Notes: a model not told the origin generated them from the letters alone. A stretch of DNA of 64,000 bases from Hypanus sabinus (GCF_030144855.1 NC_082718.1:18786001-18850000); one strand, 5' to 3'; positions 11,530 to 25,092 are shown, counted from the stretch's first letter. Program-made: numbers and translations.

Positions 11530-13350
11530 GATGAAGAAGCTAAAATCACATGTATTGGTATTAGAGTGGAATAAAGGGAACGACAGAGGCATGAGAGAGG
11601 AGCTGGCCAAATTTGATTGCAAGGGGATACTTGCAGGGATGATGGTAGAGCAGCAACAGCTAGAGATTCTGGCAGAAATTTGGAAGACACGGGATCAGTT
11701 CATCCCAAAGACAAAGAAGCATTCTAGAAGGAGGATGAGGCAGCCATGGCTGACAAAGACGGCACAAAAGCAAAAGAGAGGACATTTGATATAGCAAAAA
11801 TTAGTGGGAAGCTAGATGATTGAGAAGTTTTAAAAAAGCAAAAGGTGTCAATTAAAGAAGCAATAAGGAAAGAAAAGATGAAATAGGAAGGTAAGCTACC
11901 TGATAGTATAAAAGAAAATGACAAAAAAAATTTCAGATATGCTGTATAAAGAGAGGCAAGAGTAGACATTGGACAGCTGGAAAATGACGCTGGAGAGGGG
12001 GTAATGAGGGTCAATGAAATGCCAGACAAACTGAATAAGTATTTTACATCAGTCTTTACTGTGGAATACACCAGCAGTATGCCAGAAATTTGGGAGTATC
12101 AGGGGCAGCAGTGAGTGTAGTCATTATAACCAAGGAGAAGGTGCTGGAATTGTTTGAAGGAATAACAAGAAGACAACAGATGTTGTTTACCTGCATTTTC
12201 AGAAAGCCTTCAACTAATTGCCAAACAAGGTCACTAAACAACACAGGAGCCCATGATAGGACATACTAACATGGACAAAAGATTGGCTTTCTGGCAGAAA
12301 GCAAAGAGGGGGTATAAAGGAGGCCTTTTCTGGTTGGTTTACAGTGGCTTGTTCTATTTCCCCCAAAATGGTGTTGCGTGTACAATTTTTCACATAATAT
12401 GTCATTGATCTAGACAATGGCATTCTTGGCTTTGCACACAACTTTGCAGAATATACAAAGACATGTGGCGGGCCAGGTAGTGCTGAGGAAGCAGAGAGCC
12501 TGCAGAAGGATTTGGAGAAATTAGGAAAATCTGCAAAGAAGTGGCTGATAGAATACATGTAGGGAAGTGTATGGTGATACAGTTTGGTTTCTAAATGGAG
12601 AACAACTTGAGAAATTAGAGGTGCAAAGGAACTTGGGAGTCCTAGCACAGGATCCCCTATAGGTTAACTTGCAAGTTGAGTTAGTATGGAAGACAAGTGC
12701 AATGTCAGCATTCATTTCAAGAGAACTAGGATATAAAAAAAAAACAGGCATATAATGCTGAGGCTTTATAAGTCATTGGTCAAAGCACATTTGGAATATT
12801 GTGAGCAGTTTTGAGCCCCGTATCCAAGAAAGGATATGCTGGCATTGGAGACGATTCAGAAGAAGTTAATGAGAATGATTCCAGGAATAAAAGGATTAAC
12901 CTATGAGGAGCATTTGATGGCTTTGGGCCTGTACTCACTGGAGTTTAGAAGAATAGGGGGGTGGGGGGAAATCTTATTGAAACCTAATGAATAGTGAAAG
13001 GTCCAGGTAGAATGGTCATGGAGAGGATGTTTGCAATAGTGGGAGGGTCTAGGACCAGAGGGCACAGCCTCAGATTAGAAGGATGTCCCTCTAGAATAGA
13101 AACAAGAAGGAATTCCTAAGCCAATGGGTGGTGAATTTGTGGAATTCATTTCCATGGACAATTGTGGTGCCAGGTCATTGGGTGTATTTAAAGTAGAGGT
13201 TGAGAGGTTCTTGATTAGCAAGGGTGTCAAACATTATAAGGAGAAGACAGGAGAATGGGATTGAGAGAGAAAATAAAGCAGCCATGATCAAATGGCGGAG
13301 CAGACTTGATAGGCTGATTGGCCTAATTCTTCTCTTATGTCTTATGGTCT
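11530..13350 (+). mobile_element. CR1 LINE, 5'-truncated, internally deleted ORF2
   Basis: WNKGNDRGMREELAK...FIPKTKK...QPWLT (11531-11794), decayed RT motifs, and 3' terminal tcttatgtcttatggtct. Confidence 0.9.
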
Positions 13351-13639
13351 AGATTCCAGCATCTTGTGTCTTCATTTCAATAATTTAAGGTAGAACCTGG
13401 AAGAGAAGTAGATTGGGAGATGCTGTTACGGTGGTGGTGTGGTGGGGGGGAAGGGTGGAGTGTATAACACCCAGTAAGTGGCAGATGTGTAGAACCAAGA
13501 TGGTAAAAACTCAAAGTCAACATGTCCCTTATACTGTAAATGTAATCCTTACTGAGATGTATGGATTTGGAAAATGCACTGCAGATCACTGTGAGTTGTA
13601 AATATGCTTTCATATTTCCTTTTGACATAGGCAGCCATT

Positions 13640-13945
13640 TGGAACATGGAGTCTATGCTGTATCTCACAGCTATCACTTCAGCCCAATGCCCCCACTTAT
13701 TTCCCATTAACCTGCTCTTCCTTAATCCCCAATTCCACCCCCTCCCCCCACAATTCTCCCACCATTAGATGTCATTTACAGTAGCCAATTATCTTACCAC
13801 TTGCATGTCCTTTGGGATGTGTGATCAAACCCATGTGGTCATAGGGAGACTCTGCAGACCCTGCAAAGCCGGTACCTGAGATGAGCATTGAACCTGGGTC
13901 GGGTCACTGCAGCTACGAGCTAGCAACACTAACTGCAGCATCCCT
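13640..13945 (-). mobile_element. Decayed V-SINE-like SINE
   Basis: tttacagtagccaattatcttaccac...gcatgtcctttgggatgtg...attgaacctgggtc...gcaacactaactgc is antisense V-domain plus tRNA head. Confidence 0.5.
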
Positions 13946-15739
13946 TCCAAAATTATTTAGATTCTGGGGTGTTCCCACTGTTTGGAGGGTGACAAATGTA
14001 ATCCACTATTTAATAAATTAAGGAACAAACAGAAAACAGATACAGACCAATAAGCCAAACATCATTGTAGACAATATTTGACTCCCATCTTTTCTGATTG
14101 TGAATCTAGTGACTATTATTTATTCACTACAACTAAGGTCAGAGAAGCACCACCATGTTGGAGACCACTTTCTGGTTGTACTATAATGGATACAATCTGT
14201 ATCTCCAAAATTTTCTTCAATCACATGCAAGCACTGTGTATGGACCATAAATGTCTCAAATATTTTTGGTCAGTGATTTATTGTAAATGGAAATGCCACA
14301 GCAAGTAAGTTTGGCAAATATTCCACTAGAACAGAAGCAAGAGGAATATCTTTCATATAAAGTATTACATAAGTATAATTCCAAAGTTTCAGAAAATATT
14401 GTTCCCTTTGTTAGATTATCGATTGGTTGGGCATGGCAAATAGTTAACTGAAGTTAATTCACTTTTGATCTGCACATATTTATAACCGCTTTCTCACTGA
14501 CAATATCTGACTTCCTGTGGATGATGTCTTTATTTGCCAAATATCTGATGTAGTATGAGTTAAATTATAATTATTAACATATTTCAAATAATGGTTGTCA
14601 AAGTTTGGCCATATAACAGTCCAGAAAAATATTTTAATATGTTGGTGCTTAACATACTTCTTTTAATAATGTACCAATCACTATTAAACCATGTCTGACT
14701 ACGAATCATAAATAAAAATTCTGTGCGCTTTGTATTCCAGTTCTCTGATTTTGCTTCCATCATAAATATATTTTTCCTTTCCTTAGCTCAGCGGATTTTG
14801 ATATATCTGAGGGACATTCCCATGAACTGTGGGAATTAGAACTCCATAATCAGCTTTAGTTTCTCTATAATTGTTCGGTAACTGATAGGAAGTGGCAATA
14901 CATCTCAGTGTTAATGGATTTTCTCCAAATATCCACCTTTCATCCTGAAGAGTGAATAGGAGCTTGTAGGTGGCTGCAGAGCCATGAACTAGATTCAAAA
15001 CGCAACATGTTAAGTGACAACGTTCCTTAGGGTATATGTAACAAATACACAACAATAGGAGGATCATGTATTTAGTAATTGAATAGTAAAATCCAATCTA
15101 TTTGTTGCCAATACATAAAATTTACAAGTGTGGCTTTCAAAACCAGCTGGAAAAATCAATAGATCATGTTTACGAATAAATCACAATTCTCTTTTAAGCC
15201 AGTAAAAGCTTGCATGGAGACACGGTCTATTCCTTGAATTGTAATATCTGTGATAAGACCGAATTTCAAAGAATTAAATACCGTCTGAATGGTTGAATCT
15301 AGATATTGGAATATGTAGAAAATGACAGCCATTGTAGTTCTTGAGACTAGGAACAACGGGTGAATCAAGATTAATGTAGTTTTTGTGCCAAATACAGTCT
15401 ATCTAAGATTAGTAGACAGTTACAAATCAATAAAACTGATAAGTTTAACGAAATAAAGGGAAAAATGAAAACACATAGATTGAGGACAGCTGTTCAATGA
15501 ATTAGAGAAACATTGTGGGAAAGAGAAGTGTGTATTATAGCAATAGAAATGCAGTCAAGGCAATGGTCTAAAATCATTAAATAGGCTTGAAATTGCTATG
15601 TGATATAATAATCTGCATAGTTAATTCTTTAAAATTAAAATAGGGACAAAAACGACAGGCTCAAACAAAATTAATGATTTTAATTTAAATAACGTGCAAA
15701 TCTCAAGTAAAAAGAAAGAACTTAACGTCATCCTTAGAA

Positions 15740-16590
15740 ATTGTATTTTTTAGAAAACAGTACCCTTATCTTTCGATTTACCTTAAGCATATGAACTCCA
15801 GCTCTGATTGTTTTTTCTTGGAAAAGATTTTGTGTATCTATCCTATCTATTGCCCCTCATGATTTTATACACCTCATTCAACAAGGTCATCCAAAAGTCT
15901 CCTATGTTGCAAGGAATAAAGTCTTAGCTTGTCCAGCCTTTCCCTAGAATACAGATCCTCGAGCCGTGACAATATTCTCATAACACTTTACACTTTTTCC
16001 AGCTTAAAGACATCTTTCCTGTAACAGGGTAACCAAAAGTATACACTACCAACATCCTGCACTATTACATCATAAGGTCCAAATGCCTGTACTCACTGCC
16101 CTGACTGATGAAGGCCAGTTTGCTAAGTGCCTTCTTCACCATTTTGTCTACCTGTAATGCCACTTTCCGGGTGCTACGTCATTGTATACCTAGATTCCTC
16201 TGTTCTACAACATACTTCAAAGCCTTAACTATTTACTCTGATTTGACATCCTACCCTGGTTTGACATCCAAAATGCAGCACCTTGGACTTAACTGTATTG
16301 TACACTACTTGCAATTCCTCAACCACCTTACATAGCTGATCAAGATCCCCAGGGTAATTTTTGATAATCTTCTTAACTATCTCCAATACATTGTTTGAAT
16401 GTGACCTGCAAGCTTACTAACCATGCATATTGTCATTGAAATTGTTTATTAAAATGATGAATAGCAAAAGGCCTTGTGTCCCACCATGAGTCACAAGCCT
16501 CCATTCTGTAAAATAACCTTCTACTATCACCTTCAGCTTTGTTACCATCAGGCCAATTACTTGTCCACTTTGCCAGCTGTGCCTGAATGA
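15740..16590 (-). mobile_element. CR1 LINE 3' remnant
   Basis: Antisense CR1 RT C-terminal region. ORF 16108-16335 is the typical antisense-frame reading (ctgatgaaggccag...tgccttcttcacc). Confidence 0.75.
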
Positions 16591-16924
16591 TGGAGATTGA
16601 GTGCAATGGTGCAGTGAGTCAGGTCAGCAGTGCATTAGTTGATCATGCTGACCTTGTCGTTTAACATCTTCCAGCAGTAAAACCACACCCTTAGGGGCTG
16701 AATTCTTGCTCAGGTCCCAACAGATCTATGTCCCCTTTATTACTTAAGTATGTGCCTGTAATGTTACAAAACACCCTGCAGGTAAAAGACCTCACCCCTT
16801 AGCCATTTTATCTGCCGGTCCTTTGGGGATGCATAGAAAATTTTGGTGCCATGTTTTGCCATGTTACTCAGTAAGTTGTAAAGATCTATGGATCAATGTG
16901 CATCATTGATTCTACATTTTCTTA

Positions 16925-17200
16925 AACACAGAAGGAGGTCATTTGTTCCACCTAGACTATGCTGACTCACAATATAATTATATTCCCAACAAATTTACTC
17001 TATAACCCATTTTCCCCACATTCCCATCAATTTTACCATTCATGCTAAGGACTGATTAACCTGCCGGTCAGCATACTTCTGGGATGTAAGAGGCAACCAA
17101 AGTACCTGGAGGAAGTCTGCATTTTCAAGAACATAAAAACTCAACACAGAGAGCATTGGAGGTCAGGATTGAAAGCAACAAGCAGTTGTACAAGCTGCTC
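16925..17200 (-). mobile_element. Decayed V-SINE-like SINE
   Basis: gattaacctgccggtcagcatacttctgggatgtaagaggcaaccaaagtacctggaggaa...ggtcaggattgaa. Confidence 0.5.
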
Positions 17201-17954
17201 TAGGAACATCTATCCACTTTCAGACCTATAGGTCTGCTTTCAACAGTATCAGGAAGCTTAAACTGTTGCTAGCCACTAATGAAATTGAATTCCATGATGA
17301 TGAGTTAATTAATAATGTAGTTAGAGCACAATGAATGCTGAAGTCATCACAGTGAGTAAGTAGCATCAACGTTGTGCAGGCTTTACATTGGGCTGAAAAG
17401 TTGCAGGTAAACTGTGCGTTGTGACCCAAATTCCCATTTTCCACTATTAATCAGCTTAGCCTTTTTGATGACCTAGATGATAAACAATTACTAGTTCATT
17501 TCTAGTCTTATTCACACCACTATTTTCTATATGTTCAGCTAAGATGAAGGTGGTGTTTTAAAACTTTGTTTTGCTTTGTTTTGGTAATTCCATAGTGTAG
17601 TTCATTCCTCCAGTGCTTCAGTCACAAAGTACAGCCTATCAGCTGCTATGCAACAACTGTCGTAAAAACATTGTTGTCTCCAACTAATGGAAAGTAATTA
17701 AGATTTAAAAATAATTTGCAGTTCTGTTTTGTCTTCCCTATCATTATCAATGTTAAAGGATTGAATATTTGTTCTTAATTATTCACCTTATACACTTTCA
17801 GAAACTTACATCTCTATTGTACATGTGCTTCAATAAAGAGTACGGCTCTACTTTATGTCACACAGCAGTGCTTTAACCAAGGAGCCTGTCTATTTTCAAT
17901 CAATTCTCATTTTGAGCCTGAAGAAAGAATGACCCACTTGCTGCTTTTTGACAG

Positions 17955-18472
17955 TGTTTGTTGTCGTCGTTAGGTTGCATCTGGAATTTCCAGTTGGTGG
18001 ATGATTTCCCTCCACGCTGCTCTGACACATTGGGAAATTATTTACTTGGCGGGTTACAGCAGTGGTTTGCCATTGCCTTCTGCCGGGTGAGTTTAAAGAG
18101 ATCACCACCTCTTGCGGTGGATGACCAGGACGTCTAAGTGCCTTGTCATGCTCATAGTGCTCCACAAACGCCTGCTAGCCTGCCTTCTTGACCATTGGAC
18201 CATTAATCAGTCTCCTCCGCTCAATCTGCCAGGACCAGACTTCACACGCTGGGACAGACAGATCCCCTACCTCACCGAGAGTTGAAGACCCATCGGCTAC
18301 CCTCACCTGGTTTGGTCCGTCTGCTGAGATGGTTTTCCAGGGTGTGGCTGCTACTTGGAGCCATAGGTGAGAGCTGAATGCCCACTGGGGACCAAAGGTG
18401 GACGAGATGTCCTGAAAGAGGGCACGGCAAGCCCCCCACCAGAGGTGCTGCCCCTTCCTAGACACCCCATAC
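17955..18472 (-). mobile_element. Non-autonomous RTE-derived element
   Basis: Contains agtggtttgccattgccttc, the reverse complement of the BovB/RTE-type GAAGGCAATGGCAAACCACT motif. GC-rich 5' end and short (ACG/ACA)n tail. The ORFs over it have no recognisable motifs. Confidence 0.65.
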
Positions 18473-19899
18473 ATGCCTTGACAGGTTAATACTTTGATTA
18501 GAAATGTCTCCTCAGACTTGAAAAGTATCTCTTTTATCAGCATTGTTCATTTTTTGATGACAGCCTTGATATTTTCCTGTAATGGAAATACTGTATTGAT
18601 TTATCTTCAGAAGGCCATTATTTGCTTTCTAGATTCACAAAATCAAAATACATTTGTAACAATGGCAGAACCCTACAGTGCATTATTCAATGGTTGAAAG
18701 AGGTGGAATTTTGTAAATCTTCCTGGTCACCTTTTTTATTCCTCTGCCTGAATGTTTGTGTTTTATTTGATTTACCCTTCTGTATCCTAATTGCATTTGA
18801 TTCTTCTTGAAAGGAAGAGGATGTAAATGATTAGGTGTACCAATGACCAACAAAAATACCCATAATAGTGTTTTAGGATCTATAAGTTTCTGTGACTTAA
18901 GAGAAATTTAAGTTCTATGAAAATATGTTATTTGGGTTGAATAAATTTTATGTTCCACAAAATATGAAGCCTCAATCTTACTAGTGGTAGAATGGAGCTC
19001 CCAGTCACTATTAGGAAGACAGGGGGAGACGGGGGAATGTTATCTTGACAATCTGTTGCAAGATGCAGATGCACATCTTAGATTCATTACTTTAGAATGT
19101 GTCAGCCAATGGCACAGAATGGTGCAGTTATGAGTTAAGATAGGAGTGGGGATATAAAGGTACAGCAGAAGCCCCAGTCTTGCACTTCTCAATCAAGTTC
19201 AAGCTTCTTGGAACCTGGTGTGGATGAGAACAGAGACAGCAGCATGGATAAAAATGATGACCACAACGCAGAAGTGTGGGAACCATTCAAGTTAAGGGAA
19301 GAAATAAGCAATTATTTTGATGTTCATATCCTATCACTTATATGATGTATGTGAAGCTCAAAAGACTTATTTTTTACAAGTGGTATAGTTAGCAGGATAG
19401 ATGCTGTTAGTCTGCAGCTATGAGCATGACTCTTGAATGCTGTGCTTTGTGTGTTCAGCACTGGAAGTACGTACCAAGAAGGAAACAGATCTTGAAATCT
19501 TGGTCCACGTGAGAACTGATTACTCAGGTAGGATAAAGAAGAAGGTTCCAGTGAAGGAGTATAAGCAGCTGATTGAATACTTAAAACCATAAGTACAAAT
19601 ATGATAATTACTGGGTTACTGAGCCACAGGCAAGCTATATAGGGCAAAGAAGGTCATGGCATTAACTGCATGGTTCAAAAATTGATGGAATAAATGGGCC
19701 ATTGACACCAGTACTTTTACAGGAGAGAGGTGCATAGTTGAAGTGGGATTCAGTGAATTGGGCTGAGAATTGGAATTGTAGAGTCAGAAGAGGGAAACAT
19801 GGTATAAGGACTAAATCTCAAGGTTCTTTTTTTTACCAAAATGAATCATTGATAATGGAGTAGGTGAATTGATGGAAGAAGTAAAAATAAATTTGTTCG

Positions 19900-20330
19900 C
19901 TCAAAGTTCAAAGTAAGTTTATTATCTAAGTGCACATATGTCACCATATACAAACCTGAGATTCATTTTCTTGCAGGCATACACCATAAATCCAAGGAAT
20001 ACAATGGAAGACTGCATCCTACAGTACAAACAAGCAACCGGTGTGCAAAAGACAACAAACTGTGCAAACACAAAGGTAAGTAAGTAAACAGACAAATAAG
20101 TAAGCAATAAAAGTTAAAAACATGAGATGAAGAGACCTTGAAAGAGAGTCAATACGTTATGGGAACAGTTCAGTGATGGGGCAAGTGAAGCTGAGTGAAG
20201 TTATCCCCTCTGGTTAAAGAGCCTGATGGTTGTGGGATAATAACTGTTCTCAGACCCGGTGGTATGAGTCCTGAGGCCCTGTTGGCCATAGGGAGAAGAG
20301 AGCATAGAGAGACATTGCCTATGACCAGGT
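19900..20330 (-). mobile_element. Rex1/Babar 3' UTR fragment
   Basis: caaagttcaaagtaagtttattatc...atatacaaacctgagattcattttcttgcagg tail, with the same UTR blocks as 27840-28150 and 44560-44770. Confidence 0.75.
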
Positions 20331-20689
20331 TAAGAATTAAATATGCTAGAATATTTAAATGTTAGAAGGAGAAAACAGAAAGAAAAGTGAAGTTGCACTG
20401 ATTTTAAAATACTCGACAAAGGTAGAAGATGGGTCTAAATTCAGAAAATCAATTAAAGATCAGTTATGGTGGAGCGAAGTAGTAGCGAGTGTCAAATAGT
20501 ACTAGATGCAAATAGGCTGCCTTAAGAGTAATGATAATGCAGGATCTTGTGAAAAAAACCTCACAATATTAAAGGGGCATGTAATAAAGATGATGCAATA
20601 ATCATAGATACTTTAGAAAGTATATAGACTAGATAAGCCAAATGATAAGTAATAATTTAGAGAATGAATGAGAGGTAGTTTACTTGGTC

Positions 20690-21035
20690 TAGGTTTCAAA
20701 GGTACATTTAATGTCAGAAATATACACAATATACATCCTGAGAAGCTTTTTCTTTGCAATCATCCACAAAAACAGAGAAATGCTCCAAAGGATGAATGAC
20801 AGTTAAATGTTAGAACCCAAAAGCCTCCCCCCCCCCCCAGCTCCCCGTCCCATGCGTAAGCAGCAGCAAAACAATGATCCCCCTTCCACCCACCGGCAAA
20901 AGAGCATTGGCACTCAAGTATGCAGCAAAGCATCAATGAAGACACACACTTGCAGTACCCCAAAGACTACTTGTTCACCCAGTAATTTGACATACCACAG
21001 GCTGTCTCTCTCCCTAATAAGGGAAAAAGAGGTGC
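20690..21035 (-). mobile_element. 3' part of a non-coding non-autonomous retroposon (family A)
   Basis: Reverse complement aligns by eye with 44200-44525 (ctttggggttctaacattt...gtcattca...ctgttttcatggatg...tgtatacattctctgatatta). Confidence 0.7.
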
Positions 21036-21879
21036 CTGAGGAACCAATGAGGAAACAAGCTAATTTGGATCTTATAGTAACGTTTCTATAATCTGCAGTC
21101 AGACTTAAGAAATACTGATGTCTTGCAATCTAGCGGACTATATGATGTCTGCTCTGTTTACATTCCACTAACGACGGCTGCAGTTTCCATCCTTCCTTTC
21201 AACACACTGGGACCCTAGTCCCTGCATTCTCATTGAAATCACTGAGATCCTACACTAAATACAAAGTTTGAGGTATTGAGGTGATGTGCTGTAATCTAGA
21301 AAATCAACCATTCCATGCAGTCTATAAAGTTCCATCCATGCTAGGTTATTGGAGTTTTGCTGTGTTGTGTAATGAGCAGTGACAATGGATGATCTGATAA
21401 CATTTTTGTATAAAGATTAAAGTGATTTAGTTTAAAATGAAAACAGTGCCTTAAATCTGAATAGCAAAAAGCCATGAGGCATCATATGAATATGGCAGGA
21501 TTGGAAATTATATGAAAAGGCAGAGTAATAATAATGACTAATATTAAAAATAATTAATGCATAATTTTCCAATGACTGAATTGTAAGCTTTCTTATATTA
21601 TTAATAATTTAATATAAACCTGCAATGATCTGCATTTTTAAAACTTTAATCCATATATAAAGTGTACAAAATATATTGATGGCAAACTTGGAAATGGAAT
21701 TAGTGAAAATAACCTTTTCATTTCATTTGGAGTTCCGTGATTCACTTGAATTTCACCAAGACCCAATCTTCCTCCCATGACAGCTACTTTTACCATTGTC
21801 CTTCTCACTTGCCAAGACTTAAGACGATTTTTCCATGTGATGTTGAGATATTCTTATTTCAATTTAGTTTTCTGTGGTT

Positions 21880-22380
21880 GCAGGTCACAAAGTTATCTCC
21901 TCTACACTGGGGAGACCAAAGACAGATGAGGCAGCCACTTCTTAAAACATCTAAATTCAGTGTGTATGCATGACCTTGAACTTCAGATAAATTCAGCTTT
22001 GGCATCTATGACCTCAGCTTCCCTCATTGATTTAATGAAACTCACTGTCAGTGCAAGGAGCTGTAGTTCATTTTCTGACTCAGCGCAGTCCAATTCTCCA
22101 CAGTCAGCACTGCTGTCTTCACCATTTCCAGACAATCTCATGTACTTCCATCACAAGTATCTTGAATTCCTTTTAAATTTGTTTGGTGATTTTAGTCAAT
22201 TATTCTCCTTCCTTTTTGTATCAGCTCATAATCTTCCATTTTGTTCTCCACTCTCTTTCCATCTTTTTTCTGCATCTCAGAGGTTGTATACCTCATGCTA
22301 CATGATGAAAGAACATGAACCTGAAAGCTTACTTTATTGCTTCCTTGCATTTTCCGTATCTGCAGCATTTCCTTTGGATA
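21880..22380 (+). mobile_element. Ancient Penelope-like remnant (GIY-YIG region and tail)
   Basis: ctcctctacactggggagaccaaagacagatg resembles LLYxGETKR. Degenerate hammerhead-like atgatgaaagaacatgaacctgaaag at about 22300. Confidence 0.55.
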
Positions 22381-23862
22381 TAGCAAAAATATTTTTCAAG
22401 GCTCTCTTTTTCCGGCTCGAATTAATCATCTTTGCTCCTCATTTTGAGCAAGCTTTCTCTGTGCCCAGGATGCTAATTATTTTCTTTTACCTATCCATAT
22501 TTACATTGTCATCCCAATTTAATTTTGCTTGTTTTACTCCTACGTGATCCTGCGCTTTTAGTCATCATAACTATACATCTCTATTTTTGAAACTTTGTGC
22601 AGATTTCTGGATAAAAGTGAGTCCAAATAGAATCTGATATTTTGACTAAATGATTTGTATAACATTGTTTCAAATGGTATACTTTAATTTTATTCATCTA
22701 TTTCTGAGGTATAATCAAAATTTTACTTGTTGTGTTAGATTTGTTTTGAGTTGTTTTTCCTAGCTTTCATCTAGAGAAAAGGAAACATTTTTACTTCGGC
22801 TCCAAGTTCACATTATGGTTTCATGCCCATTTTTTTCTTAATCATTTTGTGAATTGCTTCATATATTTCTATTTGACTTAGAACTGAAACAGCTCTTGTA
22901 CATTATTTAATAACAGAAGCATTAAAAATGGCTGCCTTTGGATACATTGATTGGCTATGAGTTCATTTTAAAGGTGTCCCTGTAGTAAATTACCAATTAC
23001 AATTCCTGTTCAAGCACTTCATTACAATCCTGAGAGAGTACATACCACTGAATATCCTCTTGATACTGTGTTAGATTTTCTTCCAGTTTTTTTGGGGTGA
23101 CTGTAAGATCATGTGTAAGCAAAAGAATAAAATGTTCTCCCTATGTGCTGGCTGACAGTTATCCCTGAAATACCAGTGTCAAAACTCAATAACAAGATAA
23201 TGAACTCATTGTGAATGACTTTGGAATAACCTGTGATTGTGAAAGAATCATAAAATTATCAAAGAAAGGAAACATACCTAAATGTAAGGAAAGATGTAGG
23301 TACCAGGGATAAAATAAGGCATTGCAGGCTAGAAAAACATAAAAGGTGGGAGAAAATTAATGCCAATTTTGGGAACAATCAAGTAGTGTAGTATTTATTT
23401 AAGGGATGTGAGCAGAAAGTGATATATTCATTGCCCTTTTTCTTGCAGTTCTGAAGCTGTCATTAGCAAAGGTATCTGGCGTTCTGCACATTAATCCAAA
23501 CACAGATAACTGCTCTCTCTCCAACCCTCTGCCATCTCTGACTAAAAACAGTATTGTTAATGGTAGAAGTTAAATAGCTGATTTATTTTAAATTATTAAA
23601 ATATGTATGGTCATATAGTGATTTATTATAGGGCGCTTTCTTATCTTTTTTTTAGCTATCCTATTACAATCAATGCATATTGCTACCATTTTGAGTCCAT
23701 TTTTTAGATAGTCTCTCTTCAGCAGAGTGAAATACTAGTGACACCTAGGGTAAACAAGTCTGCAAAACTGTACCATATCAGAGTAAAAGTTATCATTATT
23801 TCATGTAATGTTGGTAGCATTGTAAAATAAACCCATGGTTTCACATTCTGAATTTGACCCCA

Positions 23863-25092
23863 GTAACACACACAAAATGCTGGAGGAACTCAGCAGGTCA
23901 GACAGCATCTATGGAAATGAATAAGCAGTGGACATTTTGGGCTGAGATCCTTCTTCAGGACTGAAAAGGAAGCGGGGATGGAGGGGGGTGGGTTGCCAGA
24001 ATAAAAAAGGTTGGGGAGGGGAAGGAGGATAGCTAGTAGATGATAGGATAGGTGAAGTCAGGTGGGTGGAAAGTTAAAGGGCTGGAGAAGAAGGAATCTG
24101 ATAGGAGAGGAGAGTGGACCATAGAAGAAAGGGTAGGAGGTGGGGTCCAGGGGGAAATGATAGGTAGGTGAGAAGAGGTAAAAGACCAGAGGGGGGAATA
24201 GAAGAAGAGTGGAGGGGGAGGGATTTTTTTTAATCTGGAAGGACAGATCGATAGTTATGCCATCAGGTTAGAGAGTACCCATAAGGAATAGAAGGTGTTG
24301 CTTCTCCACTCTGATGAGAGCCTCATCTTAACACAACAGGAGGCCATGGACTGACATGTCTGCATGGAATTAAAATTTTTGGCCACAGGGAAGATCTGCT
24401 TTTGGCAGGTGGAGTGGAGGTGCTCGACGAAGCGGTTCCCCCAATTTACGATGGGTTTCACCAATGTAGAGGAGGCCACATCAGGAGAACTGAAAACAAT
24501 AGATCACACCAGTAGATTCAAAGGTAAAGTGTTGCCTCACCTGGAAGGGCTGTTCAGGGCCCTGATTGGAGGTGAGGGAGGAGGTGAATGGGCAGGTATA
24601 GCAATTGCAGGGACAAGAGCAGGGAGGGATATTAGTGGGGAGGGACAAATGGACAAGGGAATCGTGGAAGGAGTGATCCCTGCAGAAAGCGAAGGGGGAG
24701 TGATAGAGGTAGGATCTCTAGAGCTGGTGGAAGCTGCAGTGGATGATGTGTTGGATGTGGAGCCTCGTGGGATAGTAGGTAAGGGCAAGAGGAACTCTAT
24801 CACTGTTAAGGTGGCAGGAAGCTGAGGTGAGTGCAGATGTATGGAAACAGGAGGAGATGTGGATGAGGGCAGCATCAATAGTGGAGGATGGGATACCCTG
24901 TTTGGTGAAGGAGGGCATCTGTGATGTCCTGGAAAGGAAAGCCACATCCTGGGAACAGATACAGTGGAGGCAAAGGGTCTGAGAAAAGGGAATAGCTTTT
25001 TTACAGGAGGTAGGGTGGGAAGAGTTATAGTCAAGATAACCATGGGTATTGGTAGGTTTATAAAAGATGTCATTGACAGTTTATCTACATCC
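23863..25092 (-). mobile_element. Penelope-like retroelement, 5'-truncated (RT C-terminus, GIY-YIG endonuclease, 3' terminal unit)
   Basis: AFLSRTSQMPSFTKQGIPSSTIDAAL...DRVPLALTYYP...IQHII (24718-24945) and GNRFVEHLHS...FPVAKNFNS (24255-24479), followed by the hammerhead-bearing terminal unit at 23863-23965. Confidence 0.9.

Larger units (their letters stand above)
19050..21085 (+). mobile_element. Very old CR1 5' portion (ORF1 esterase region plus endonuclease), split by later insertions
   Basis: tggtccacgtgagaactgat...gtgaaggagtataagcagctg resembles VHVGTND...EYxQL. gaggaaccaatgaggaaacaagctaatttggatctt resembles the endonuclease EPTRxxAxLDL motif. Confidence 0.5.

Noticed and set aside
14783-15368. 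Two minus-strand ORFs (94 and 70 aa) that could be a decayed gene
   Set aside because: No family motif recognised and lengths are within chance expectation.
21960-22547. 195-aa hydrophobic ORF resembling a membrane protein
   Set aside because: It overlies a pyrimidine-rich Penelope remnant. The F/L/S richness comes from T/C bias.
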